Shown in pieces: positions 1 to 8,115 of a DNA stretch of 48,779 nucleotides. The notes beneath the pieces are model-generated. The model had not been told where the DNA came from and made no database searches. It worked only from the letters and a program-made list of their open reading frames with translations. Position 1 is the stretch's first letter; the number at the start of each line of letters is the position of its first letter. The DNA is taken from the IMG/VR virus record IMGVR_UViG_3300044652_000067, positions 1 through 48,779 of that record; one strand, written 5' to 3'. Made by a program: the position numbers and the translations under genes. The stretch comes from a virus (taxonomy: Duplodnaviria; Caudoviricetes).

Positions 1-1323
1 ATGGTGATCGGAACGCACGGCAGGATCACCTACGAGAAGGTCAACCCGAAGCTGGTCCGGGCCCGGGCTCGCTATCGGGACCGGGACGGCCAGACGAAGT
101 TCATCCGGGGCCAGGGCACCACGGAGGCCGCAGCCCGGCGACACCTGCAGGAACGGCTCGCCGAGAAGATGGGCGCGATGCTGACCGGGCAGGACAAGCT
201 CGGCAAGGTCATCGATGCCTGGCTAGTCGAGATCGACGAAGACACCGAGATGGCCACCAGCACCCGCCGCGTCTACCGCGGCTGCGCCGAGGGTCACATT
301 CGGCCCGCACTGGGTGAGCTGTACCTGTCCGAGGTTGACGTCCAAGCCGTCAACCACTGCCTGCGCAAGGTGCGGGACTCCTCCGGGCCGAGCGCGGCAA
401 AGACCGCCCGGTCGGTCCTGTCGGGAGTGCTGTCGGTCGCGGTGAAGACCGGCGCCCTGCAGGCCAACCCGGCCCGGGAAGCGATCACCATGCGGGCCGG
501 CCGGAAGTCCAGCGGGGGGCCGCGGGCGCTCACCGTCGCCGAGGTCGAGGAACTGACCGACGCGCTCCGCTCGAATGAGCGGGCCGTCAACTGGGACCTG
601 CCGGACCTTGTCGAGTGGATGCTCTACACCGGCTGCCGGATCGGGGAAGCGCTTGCGTTACGCTACGGCACCAACTCCGACGGCAAGCCACTGCTGGACT
701 TGGAGCACGGCACGTGGGAAGTGAATGCCACCGTGATCCGAGTCATGGGTGTCAAGCGGCTCAAGGCGCTCGAAGCGAAGGACTCCCTGACGTGGGAGGA
801 AGCCGAGGAGTTGAAGGCGCTGCGGAAGTACCCGCCCGGCCTGCACGTCCAGGAACGAACCAAGTCGGACGCCGGCTGGCGCATCCTCGCCCTGCCGCCC
901 GGCGCGGTCGAGATGCTGCATCGGCGCGCCTCCGAGGTTCGGCTGCGGGCACCGGGCGGGATCGTGTTCGGCGCACCGCTGGCCCGGTCGCTACGCGACC
1001 CGTCGAACACCGACGCAGACCTGCGCGACATCCTCGACCCGATCGACTGCGAGGAATGCAACGGCACCGGCTACCAGCTCAACCCCGACGGGACGTTCGT
1101 CCTGAACGGCAGGAACCGGCGCGTCCGGTGCCGGGAAGGGCGTTGGTCCTGGGTGAAATCGCACACATTCCGAAAGACCGTGGCGACCCGGCTGGACGAG
1201 GCCGGATTGTCCGCTCGGGCCATCGCTGACCAGCTCGGACACGCCAAACCCTCAATGACTCAGGACGTATACCTGGGTCGGAACGTTGTAAACGCTGCCG
1301 CGGCAAAACTGTTGGACCGGTGA
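1..1323 (+). CDS. int: Tyrosine integrase (true start may lie slightly upstream)
   Basis: Catalytic set YTGCRIGE (R), TKSDAG (K), SHTFRKT (HxxR), LGHAKPSMTQDVY (H, Y); N-terminal arm-binding-type region ARARYRDRDG. Confidence 0.95.
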   Translation: MVIGTHGRITYEKVNPKLVRARARYRDRDGQTKFIRGQGTTEAAARRHLQERLAEKMGAMLTGQDKLGKVIDAWLVEIDEDTEMATSTRRVYRGCAEGHIRPALGELYLSEVDVQAVNHCLRKVRDSSGPSAAKTARSVLSGVLSVAVKTGALQANPAREAITMRAGRKSSGGPRALTVAEVEELTDALRSNERAVNWDLPDLVEWMLYTGCRIGEALALRYGTNSDGKPLLDLEHGTWEVNATVIRVMGVKRLKALEAKDSLTWEEAEELKALRKYPPGLHVQERTKSDAGWRILALPPGAVEMLHRRASEVRLRAPGGIVFGAPLARSLRDPSNTDADLRDILDPIDCEECNGTGYQLNPDGTFVLNGRNRRVRCREGRWSWVKSHTFRKTVATRLDEAGLSARAIADQLGHAKPSMTQDVYLGRNVVNAAAAKLLDR

Positions 1324-1484
1324 GAGCGTGTCCACCTTGTTGAGCACCGGTCAAAACTCACCCGTGACATACGGCAAACAGCAAGGTACGTTCAGTCACA
1401 CAGTCGGCAGCCGGGGGGCGAGGAACCGACTCGAGTCGCATTCGAATCGATTCCCCTACCCCTGGCGGAGCTATGTCCTTAGCC

Positions 1485-1520
1485 CTTCGGCCATCCGAAG
1501 TTCTTGGGCCATCCGAAGTT
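1485..1520. repeat. 14-bp direct repeat GGCCATCCGAAGTT x2 overlapping an inverted repeat CTTCGG-N4-CCGAAG
   Basis: Copies at 1489-1502 and 1507-1520; inverted repeat at 1485-1500. Confidence 0.8.
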
Positions 1521-1557
1521 GTTCATGGTTCACCTCCGATCAAGTGGGGTCGCACGG

Positions 1558-2574
1558 ATGATTCACACGCTTGCCAGCTTTTCCCTCCTGGCTGTCCTGA
1601 GTGTGGCCTACTTGACCGCAGTACGCCGGATTGAGCGATTGCGGCTAGTCGTTACCAATCGCCAGGTTTGCAACATGTTGGGCACGTTCACCTTCGCGGG
1701 GACCGTGCTCTTCGACCCGGAATTCATCGCGCTACTCACCGGCATCGTGTACGTCGCAGCGTGGCCAACATTCCGCAAGGCGGGAACCCCGGGGCATCGG
1801 CACGCCTACAACGCGGCCAACGTGACGCTCGCCTGCTTCGCTGCTAGTTGGGTGCTTCAACGGCAGCCCGCCGGACTTGGCATTCCGACGGCTATCGCGG
1901 TCTTCATGGTGCTCAACGTCATGCTGTCGCTGGGCGCGGTAATCGCTGCACGGCATTGGCATTCATTGCAGACGTTCAGGAACCCCCGGAACTACTGGGT
2001 GAGCCTGTCGACACAGGCGTGCGGCGCGGCGGTCGGTATGTGCATGCAATGGCATACCTCTTTGGCGGTTGTCGGTATCCCGGTCCTTGCCGCGATCCAT
2101 TCTGACGCAGTTCGAGGTGCGATACGAGACTCGGGTGCAATGAAGGACGGCGTATGCAACCGGGAGGTTTGGCTGCACCTGGCGGATGAGACGTTCCGGC
2201 GAGGCGAATGGTTCGCTGCAGTTCTGGTCGAGACTGCCGCCGGTGCCGCCCAGCAGTCGGCACTGACTGTCCTGTTGACGCACGCCCGGCCCGGCAAGGA
2301 TGTCACCGACGCAGCCGGCCCGGCGCGAGAGCCGGACGCCGTTGGTATCTACTCACCGACGCAACTATTGCTGCTGCGGCACATGAGCACCGCGGCGGCG
2401 AGCAGAGGCACGGCGCGGAAGATCGCCGAGGATATGAAATTGCTCGGCCTAGCCGGCGGGGTTGGCGTCTCGGGCAGTAAGCAGGAGAGCGTGGCCGCGG
2501 TGCTGGCCATCGCCTCGGCTGAATCAGCGCTGTACCAGGTGGCTCCGGTCAGTGATTCTGATGAGGTCCATTAA
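1558..2574 (+). CDS. Multi-pass membrane protein with a C-terminal degenerate GGDEF-like domain
   Basis: About 6 hydrophobic segments, then GVCNREVW, FAAVLVE, DAVGIYSPTQLLLL, ARKIAE, GVGVS, AESALYQ in the order expected for a GGDEF fold but without the GGDEF signature. ATG at 1558 preferred over TTG at 1504. Confidence 0.6.
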   Translation: MIHTLASFSLLAVLSVAYLTAVRRIERLRLVVTNRQVCNMLGTFTFAGTVLFDPEFIALLTGIVYVAAWPTFRKAGTPGHRHAYNAANVTLACFAASWVLQRQPAGLGIPTAIAVFMVLNVMLSLGAVIAARHWHSLQTFRNPRNYWVSLSTQACGAAVGMCMQWHTSLAVVGIPVLAAIHSDAVRGAIRDSGAMKDGVCNREVWLHLADETFRRGEWFAAVLVETAAGAAQQSALTVLLTHARPGKDVTDAAGPAREPDAVGIYSPTQLLLLRHMSTAAASRGTARKIAEDMKLLGLAGGVGVSGSKQESVAAVLAIASAESALYQVAPVSDSDEVH

Positions 2575-3097
2575 CGACCTCGCCGCTTTCCATCCGCTCA
2601 AGTTGTTCGTCCAACTGCACGGCGAGCGAGGCTATCGCGTCGGCGGCCACGGTGTCCCCGCCCGCGCGTGCAGCGTTCGCTATCGCGTCCAGCTGGGCTA
2701 TCCAGCCGCCGCGCGCCTCCCGCTGCTCGTCGTTGAGGATCGTCTCGGGTAGGTCCGTCTCGCGCTGACTCAGTTGCCGCTGGAGGGCTCTGTAACGCTC
2801 GGCGAGGTCCGTCAGGAGTTCGAAGACGGTCCAGTTGTCGAGAGTCGCGTCAGAGCCAACGGGCTCGGGCTCATCTGGCACGCCCGCCAGTGTAAGGCCC
2901 GTGTGCAGCGGGAACTGTAGAAGGTCGCTAAGTCGCTTGATCGTGGCGTAACTGGCGGGTCGCTCGCCCCGTACCAGGTAGCTGATGAACCGACCGTTGA
3001 CGCCGATTGCAGCGCCGACCTTGCGGTGGGACAGGCGCGATTCGCGGATGCGCTCGCCTAGGTACGCCCCGAACGTCTCGCTGGTCAACGACGACAC
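2549..3097 (-). CDS. Immunity repressor, XRE-family HTH
   Basis: FGAYLGERIRESRLSHRKVGAAIGVNGRFISYLVRGERPAS is an HTH_3-like motif; divergent from the Cro-like gene; GTG at 3097 chosen because it fits a leaderless promoter. Confidence 0.8.
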   Translation of the reverse strand: MSSLTSETFGAYLGERIRESRLSHRKVGAAIGVNGRFISYLVRGERPASYATIKRLSDLLQFPLHTGLTLAGVPDEPEPVGSDATLDNWTVFELLTDLAERYRALQRQLSQRETDLPETILNDEQREARGGWIAQLDAIANAARAGGDTVAADAIASLAVQLDEQLERMESGEVVNGPHQNH

Positions 3098-3133
3098 GCC
3101 ACACAGTGTGGCTGCGAACGCCTGCGAACACAA
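3098..3133 (-). promoter_or_regulatory. Putative leaderless repressor promoter with a palindromic operator
   Basis: Minus strand TTGTGT-17bp-CACACT-7nt-GTG; perfect 15-bp palindrome GCCACAC-A-GTGTGGC at 3098-3112; tandem GTTCGC in the spacer region. Confidence 0.6.
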
Positions 3134-3199
3134 TACGTGCGACCAACTATTCACCTGTCACATACGTCACGCGATCTTGAAAAACGTTCCCCGAACCGC

Positions 3200-3234
3200 T
3201 TGATGTTCGCGCCTGTTCGCATTATGTTCTCAGC
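3200..3234 (+). promoter_or_regulatory. Putative leaderless early lytic promoter
   Basis: TTGATG (3200-3205), 17 bp, TATGTT (3223-3228), 6 nt, ATG (3235); no Shine-Dalgarno; TGTTCGC at 3204 and 3214. Confidence 0.7.
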
Positions 3235-3510
3235 ATGCCCAACGAACCAACCCCCGCCGGATGGGTCGAGTTCAGGACCATCCGCCGCAAGGACGGTGCA
3301 TCCCTCCAACAACTGAGCCTGATGTCCGGCATCGCCAAGGGCCACCTGAGCGACCTTGAGACCGGCAAGCGCAAGCCGACCGCCGCGGTCATCGTCGCTC
3401 TGGCCAAGGCGCTCAACGTCCCGGTCTCCGTACTGGAGCCGCGGGACGAGCCACTTACCGCCGAGGTCATCGAGGCCGTCGTGGACGCGCGCGGCGAGGC
3501 CGTGGCATGA
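3235..3510 (+). CDS. Cro-like XRE HTH regulator
   Basis: FRTIRRKDGASLQQLSLMSGIAKGHLSDLETGKRKPT is a typical HTH_3; first gene of the rightward operon. Confidence 0.85.
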   Translation: MPNEPTPAGWVEFRTIRRKDGASLQQLSLMSGIAKGHLSDLETGKRKPTAAVIVALAKALNVPVSVLEPRDEPLTAEVIEAVVDARGEAVA

Positions 3511-3728
3511 CCGACGAAATCCTCCTGCCCCCCGAGGTCGCCGAGCGACTCCGGGTGAGCGTCGAGACCTTGGCCGGCTGGCGTAACCGCCGGCTGGGGG
3601 AGGGCCCGGTCTGGCTGCGGCTGGGCAACAAGAAGATCGGCTACCTGGCCAGCGAGGTCGACGCCTACGTGGCGCGGCAGCAGCGGATCGCCCGTGACCA
3701 GCAGGACCGTGAGCGGCGGTCAGCATGA
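3507..3728 (+). CDS. Excisionase-like (HTH_17/AlpA-type) protein
   Basis: LLPPEVAERLRVSVETLAGWR..GEGPVWLRLG..IGY..SEVDAY pattern; ATGA coupling. Confidence 0.8.
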   Translation: MTDEILLPPEVAERLRVSVETLAGWRNRRLGEGPVWLRLGNKKIGYLASEVDAYVARQQRIARDQQDRERRSA

Positions 3729-4189
3729 CTTCTTCTGTTTCTGGTCTGTCTGGTGCGGGAGCACCAGAGAGCCGAATGAGCGTGACGATTCGAGGCGGCG
3801 AACAACTGCTAGCCCTGTGTGACGCGATGGATGCCTCACCACTGCCGGTCATCAGGACGGAGACCATCCGCCGGCTCCTGGCTGACGAGGACAGGGACGA
3901 CACCTACCGCCGCGCCGATGGCACCGAGGACGCGGCATGGATGCAGCCTCACCACGACTTCGTGATGTCGCTGCCGCTGTCCGACCAGCAGCGAGCCGAG
4001 CTCCTGCGCCACTTCGACGAGGTCTATTCGACCGCGGTCGAGGAGGGCGCTTACCAGTCCGTCCTTGACCGGCGACTTCTCTCGGTGATCTTCCGCGCCG
4101 CTGACCGGCGGCGACAGGCTTCCCAAGCTGGCGCGGCAGGACCGCAGGGTCCCCCCGACTCCGGTCCTGCCGTTGCCCCTACCCCTTAA
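3725..4189 (+). CDS. Hypothetical protein
   Basis: ATGA-coupled ORF in the early operon. Confidence 0.55.
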   Translation: MTSSVSGLSGAGAPESRMSVTIRGGEQLLALCDAMDASPLPVIRTETIRRLLADEDRDDTYRRADGTEDAAWMQPHHDFVMSLPLSDQQRAELLRHFDEVYSTAVEEGAYQSVLDRRLLSVIFRAADRRRQASQAGAAGPQGPPDSGPAVAPTP

Positions 4190-4197
4190 ACGTCAGC

Positions 4198-4240
4198 GAG
4201 CGTCCGGTCTCAGCCCTCTGAAGCAGGAGAACGGACGCTC
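4198..4240 (+). other. Intergenic stem-loop
   Basis: GAGCGTCCG (4198-4206) pairs with CGGACGCTC (4232-4240), with an inner TCTC/GAGA pairing. Confidence 0.55.
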
Positions 4241-4264
4241 ACCGAAACAGAAGTGAGGATAGCA

Positions 4265-4831
4265 ATGACGATCGAGAACACGAGTGAGCGCGACCCGATG
4301 CTGCACCTGCTCGGCGTGATGAGCGAGGGAACGTCTGGCTACATCACGGGCATGGAGGCAGCGGGGCAGCGGCAACTGCTGGCATCGTCCCAACTGCCGA
4401 AGGACGGCCCGTGGGATGAGCTGACCGCGCTCGGGTTCGTGAAGGGCGAGCCGGTCGATGACCTGTTCGTCAACGCCACCTTGCCGGAAGGCTGGAAGCG
4501 GGAGGGCAGCGACCACGCGATGTGGTCCTACCTGCTCGACCAGCGCGGTATCCGCATGGTGGCGATCTTCTACAAAGCGGCGTTCTACGACCGCCGCGCG
4601 TTCATGCGGTTCGAGCACCCTGGCTACTCCGCCAGCACCGAAGTGCTCTACGGCGACGACCCCGTTGCGCTCCCTTCGCAATGGCCGCTGTTCACCGATG
4701 AGGAGAGGGCCGACTTCCGGGCCGGTCTCGATCGGATGCGCGAACATGTCGAGGACTCTCCCTCGGTCTACGGCAAGTACGCGGGGCGGCTCGCTGCTGC
4801 TGACGCACTGCTTGCCGGGGGTGCGGCGTGA
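4265..4831 (+). CDS. Phage hypothetical protein
   Basis: GAGGA RBS, GC3-biased codons, protein-like sequence (LPEGWKREGSDHAMWSYLLD..IFYKAAFYDRRA). Confidence 0.75.
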   Translation: MTIENTSERDPMLHLLGVMSEGTSGYITGMEAAGQRQLLASSQLPKDGPWDELTALGFVKGEPVDDLFVNATLPEGWKREGSDHAMWSYLLDQRGIRMVAIFYKAAFYDRRAFMRFEHPGYSASTEVLYGDDPVALPSQWPLFTDEERADFRAGLDRMREHVEDSPSVYGKYAGRLAAADALLAGGAA

Positions 4832-5235
4832 CCGCCGCGTCAGGGCAGCGACTGCGACTGGTGCCGCCCATCCTGCATCTCGTGGACCCGGACAAGCCGT
4901 TCGTCCTCGAAGTGCAGCGCATCCTCAGCGAGCAGGCCCTGCTCGAACGGGCCACCGCGGTTCAGCGGATCCGTGAGGACGCCTTGTATTGCTGGTTCAG
5001 GGAGGCGTTCTCGGCGTCGTTCACCGACACGGACTACCGGCAGCTGCACGGCTATCTGCCGCACCTTTCGCGGGCTGAGGCGGAGGACTTCGCCGTCGAA
5101 GCCCTAGGGCACCTGATGCTGGCCGACCGCTGCCCGGACGGGGACCCGGCGAGGGAACGCAACGAAGAGTTGTTCTTCCAGCGGGTCAGCGAAGCGCTAC
5201 AGGCCGATGCCGAAGCGGCAGGAGGAGTCCGATGA
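4828..5235 (+). CDS. Hypothetical protein
   Basis: GTGA coupling. Confidence 0.6.
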   Translation: MTAASGQRLRLVPPILHLVDPDKPFVLEVQRILSEQALLERATAVQRIREDALYCWFREAFSASFTDTDYRQLHGYLPHLSRAEAEDFAVEALGHLMLADRCPDGDPARERNEELFFQRVSEALQADAEAAGGVR

Positions 5236-5654
5236 GCGGTCGATCCACCGAGACCCGGCATCACGTCACCTACCTCTACCCCGGCTTCTTCTTTCCCGAG
5301 GACGGGAAACGCTGCCAGATCGGCGAGCCGACCGTCGAGCAAGTCCAAGCCAACTCTCCCGATGACCAGTGGTTCGCCGCCGAGGTGTCCACCCAGCAGT
5401 ACACCCGGTGGACCGACGGCGGCGGCGGGGAGAAATGGCTACCCACCGAAGGATCGACGCGCAGCAAGTTCAGGGTGTTGGTCGGCGAGACGCTGACCGC
5501 CGAGGACGTCGCCGCGCTTGACGGCGACCATTCCATCCTGCTGTCGAACATGCGAAGCAACCGGTGGGACCGCGTTTGCCGCACGCGCCGAGGCAATTTC
5601 CAACCGGTCGACGCGAACGACGTGGTCATCGAAGCGACAAGGGAGGTCCGGTGA
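5232..5654 (+). CDS. Phage hypothetical protein
   Basis: AGGAG RBS, ATGA coupling. Confidence 0.7.
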   Translation: MSGRSTETRHHVTYLYPGFFFPEDGKRCQIGEPTVEQVQANSPDDQWFAAEVSTQQYTRWTDGGGGEKWLPTEGSTRSKFRVLVGETLTAEDVAALDGDHSILLSNMRSNRWDRVCRTRRGNFQPVDANDVVIEATREVR

Positions 5655-5869
5655 AGCACCGTCTCTGCGATGCCCACTGCTCATGGTGCCGCTGCATCCG
5701 ACCGACGGGGCACGACGGCGCTCACGAATGCATCGCGGCGTGCGGTGGCTCGTGGGAAGGCACGGTCAGCAAGGAAGACTTCCGGGTCATCGCGTTCCCT
5801 GGAGTAGGCGCCGCTGACCGTGCCCTAATGGCCCTGGTTGAACCGCCGGGGCCGGACGGTGCGGCATGA
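5651..5869 (+). CDS. Small Cys/His-rich protein
   Basis: GGAGG RBS, GTGA coupling, CIRPTGHDGAHEC motif. Confidence 0.55.
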   Translation: MKHRLCDAHCSWCRCIRPTGHDGAHECIAACGGSWEGTVSKEDFRVIAFPGVGAADRALMALVEPPGPDGAA

Positions 5870-6132
5870 CCGCCCAACTGATCCAGGCACCGGACAGCAA
5901 GAAGTGGCACGTCGGCGCTCTGCTACCGGCGACACGCACTCGTAATGCCGTTTGGCGTCCTGTCTGCGACTTGTCGGGCCGAGCGTCGGATGGCCCGTGG
6001 CGCGTACGCGGGTCGATCGGTCCGCTGCTGACTCTCACGTGGCGCACTCCTCGCGGTGTCTGCTCCAACTGCCACAGGTTGGTAGAGGACTCGGTACGGC
6101 TCATCGCGGCCGAGGAGGAACGCGATGGCTGA
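5866..6132 (+). CDS. Hypothetical protein
   Basis: ATGA coupling; CxxC near the C-terminus. Confidence 0.5.
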   Translation: MTAQLIQAPDSKKWHVGALLPATRTRNAVWRPVCDLSGRASDGPWRVRGSIGPLLTLTWRTPRGVCSNCHRLVEDSVRLIAAEEERDG

Positions 6133-6337
6133 GACGTTGGAGTCGATGGTCACGTGGCTCGGCGTCCGGCACCGAGTAGGCGACAAGGGGATCGGGTCGA
6201 CCCGGCACGGCGGCCCATGGTTCAAGGGTGCGTGCAGTGAGGCGGTGACCCTCGACCCGGAGAACCAGCCGGGAGGGAAACGACCCCGCGATCGTAAGCA
6301 GGACTGTCCTCGCTGCTTCCCGGGTGATGCCGCATGA
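6125..6337 (+). CDS. Hypothetical protein
   Basis: GAGGAGG RBS; C-terminal CPRC. Confidence 0.5.
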   Translation: MAETLESMVTWLGVRHRVGDKGIGSTRHGGPWFKGACSEAVTLDPENQPGGKRPRDRKQDCPRCFPGDAA

Positions 6338-6546
6338 CCTACAGCCCCGTATACACCGAGCGGGTACGTGAGCTGAACCGCTGGAAGAAACCCGCACTGG
6401 TCGACCGCTGCGCCGAACTCGGACACTACGGATTCACCCACGGCCGCAACGGCTTAGCCGGCTGGAACAAGGAAGAACTACTGGCAGAAATCCTCCGGTC
6501 GGAGTTTCCCGAAGGAGCACAGCAATGCCTGACACACGAGAGATGA
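6334..6546 (+). CDS. Hypothetical protein
   Basis: ATGA coupling. Confidence 0.55.
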   Translation: MTYSPVYTERVRELNRWKKPALVDRCAELGHYGFTHGRNGLAGWNKEELLAEILRSEFPEGAQQCLTHER

Positions 6547-7052
6547 CACCGGGCGACCGGCGAGAACTCCGGTCGCTGATCAAGAAGCAGTTCGCGGTAC
6601 TCCGCAACGACGTGAAGCGGCGCGCCTCCGAGATGGAGGCCGAAGTCGAGGCTGAACTGCTCAGGCGGTACCGGGACGAAGACGACGCGGTACGACAGGC
6701 CGCAAGCGAGATTGCCAAGGCCCGAGACGACTACCAACGCGCGTGCCAAGCAGTCATCGACGCCCTGCAGGCCAGCCATCCCGACGTCAAGGCGCGACTC
6801 GGATATCACGGCCTGGAGGCGACGAACGCCAATCGGACGCAACTCCGGCGCGCCGCGATTGCAGCCATACCGCAGCAGATTTCCGACGCGCAGACGCGGC
6901 TCGACCAGCAGGAAATCGATCTGCTTCGTGACCTGACGGTCGGCGGGCTCGACACCGATCAGGCGCAGCGGTTCATCGGCTCCATTCCAACGGTCGGAGA
7001 GCTTGTACCCCGGGCACGGCTGCAGGAAATCGAGATTCGCCATGACCGCTGA
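6525..7052 (+). CDS. Helical/coiled-coil hypothetical protein
   Basis: AAGGAG RBS; heptad-rich sequence. Confidence 0.7.
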   Translation: MPDTREMTPGDRRELRSLIKKQFAVLRNDVKRRASEMEAEVEAELLRRYRDEDDAVRQAASEIAKARDDYQRACQAVIDALQASHPDVKARLGYHGLEATNANRTQLRRAAIAAIPQQISDAQTRLDQQEIDLLRDLTVGGLDTDQAQRFIGSIPTVGELVPRARLQEIEIRHDR

Positions 7053-7308
7053 ACTCGACTACATCGCCTCAGCCGAACTCGGCTACGACGTCACCGATGA
7101 AGAGGAACGGGAGCCGCGCAGCATCGTCGGCTACTTGGTGGTCCTCTGCTTGTGCCTCTCAACCGCGATCGTTGTGGAGACCGCCTATCAGGTGTTCCCG
7201 CACTGGAGAGGAGCTCTGGAACTCGGGTTGTTCCTGCTCGGCTGCTGGTCGGCCCTTCGGCTGCTGGCCGGGGAGCGGCAGGCCAAGCAGGTTAGGGGCA
7301 AAGCGTAA
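7042..7308 (+). CDS. Small two-TM membrane protein
   Basis: Two hydrophobic segments; abuts the next gene. Confidence 0.6.
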   Translation: MTAELDYIASAELGYDVTDEEEREPRSIVGYLVVLCLCLSTAIVVETAYQVFPHWRGALELGLFLLGCWSALRLLAGERQAKQVRGKA

Positions 7309-8115
7309 ATGGCTAGGCACATCGTGCAGTTCTCCACCGGTGCCGGTTCTGCCGAAGTCGCGTGGCGGGTAGTCGCCGCGCACGGGCCTGACGACGTGCT
7401 GCTACTCACAGCCGACACGATGGTCGAGGATGACGACAACTGGCGGTTTGCCGCCGAGGTTGTGGACCGTCTCGGCTGCGAATGGGTGCGGCTGGCCGAT
7501 GGCCGGACGCCGATGCAGGTGGGCCGCGATCGCCGGGTAGTGCCTAACAACCGGTTCGCTATCTGCTCACTGGTGCTCAAGCGGGAGTTGCTGCGCCGCT
7601 ACCTCGACACCCATCACGACCCTGCCGACTCGGTGATCTACCTCGGGTTCGACTGGACTGAGCCCGAGCGGCACGCCCGGTCGGTTCCCCGGTGGGCTCC
7701 ATGGCGAATCGACTCGCCGCTACTCGCCCCGCCATACCTCGGGAAGCCCGATCTGCTCGCCCTGTTCCGGCAGCGCGGCATCGAACCGCCACGGCTCTAC
7801 GCTCAGGGATTCCCGCACGCCAACTGCGGCGGCGCGTGCGTGCGGGGCGGTCAGGCGCAATGGGCGCTGCTGCTGCGCACCAACCGGCAGCGATATCTCG
7901 ACTGGGAAGCGGACGAGGAGACCACCCGCGCCGAACTCGGTAAGGACGTGGCGATCCTGCGCGACCGGACGGGCGGATCGGTTACTCCGCTGACGCTGCG
8001 GAGGTTCCGCGAGCGGATCGAGAACGACCCGACGCCAACCCTTTTCGACGCCGACGACTGGGGCGCGTGTGGCTGCACTGACGGCCAGCTCGACGAAGCG
8101 ATGGAATCCGCATGA
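7309..8115 (+). CDS. PAPS-reductase-like (PP-loop adenine nucleotide alpha hydrolase) protein
   Basis: N-terminal VQFSTGAGSA PP-loop-like motif, ADT..ED.D, CS..LK, LGFDWTE, HANCGGACVRGG, C-terminal GACGC. Confidence 0.7.
   Translation: MARHIVQFSTGAGSAEVAWRVVAAHGPDDVLLLTADTMVEDDDNWRFAAEVVDRLGCEWVRLADGRTPMQVGRDRRVVPNNRFAICSLVLKRELLRRYLDTHHDPADSVIYLGFDWTEPERHARSVPRWAPWRIDSPLLAPPYLGKPDLLALFRQRGIEPPRLYAQGFPHANCGGACVRGGQAQWALLLRTNRQRYLDWEADEETTRAELGKDVAILRDRTGGSVTPLTLRRFRERIENDPTPTLFDADDWGACGCTDGQLDEAMESA

Noticed and set aside
1425-1470. TTCGAATC resembling a tRNA T-loop / attachment core
   Set aside because: No T-stem, acceptor stem or CCA can be built, and no second copy was seen in the window.
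1558-2574. Active diguanylate cyclase call
   Set aside because: It lacks the GG(D/E)EF signature and the metal-binding Asp, so it is reported only as degenerate.
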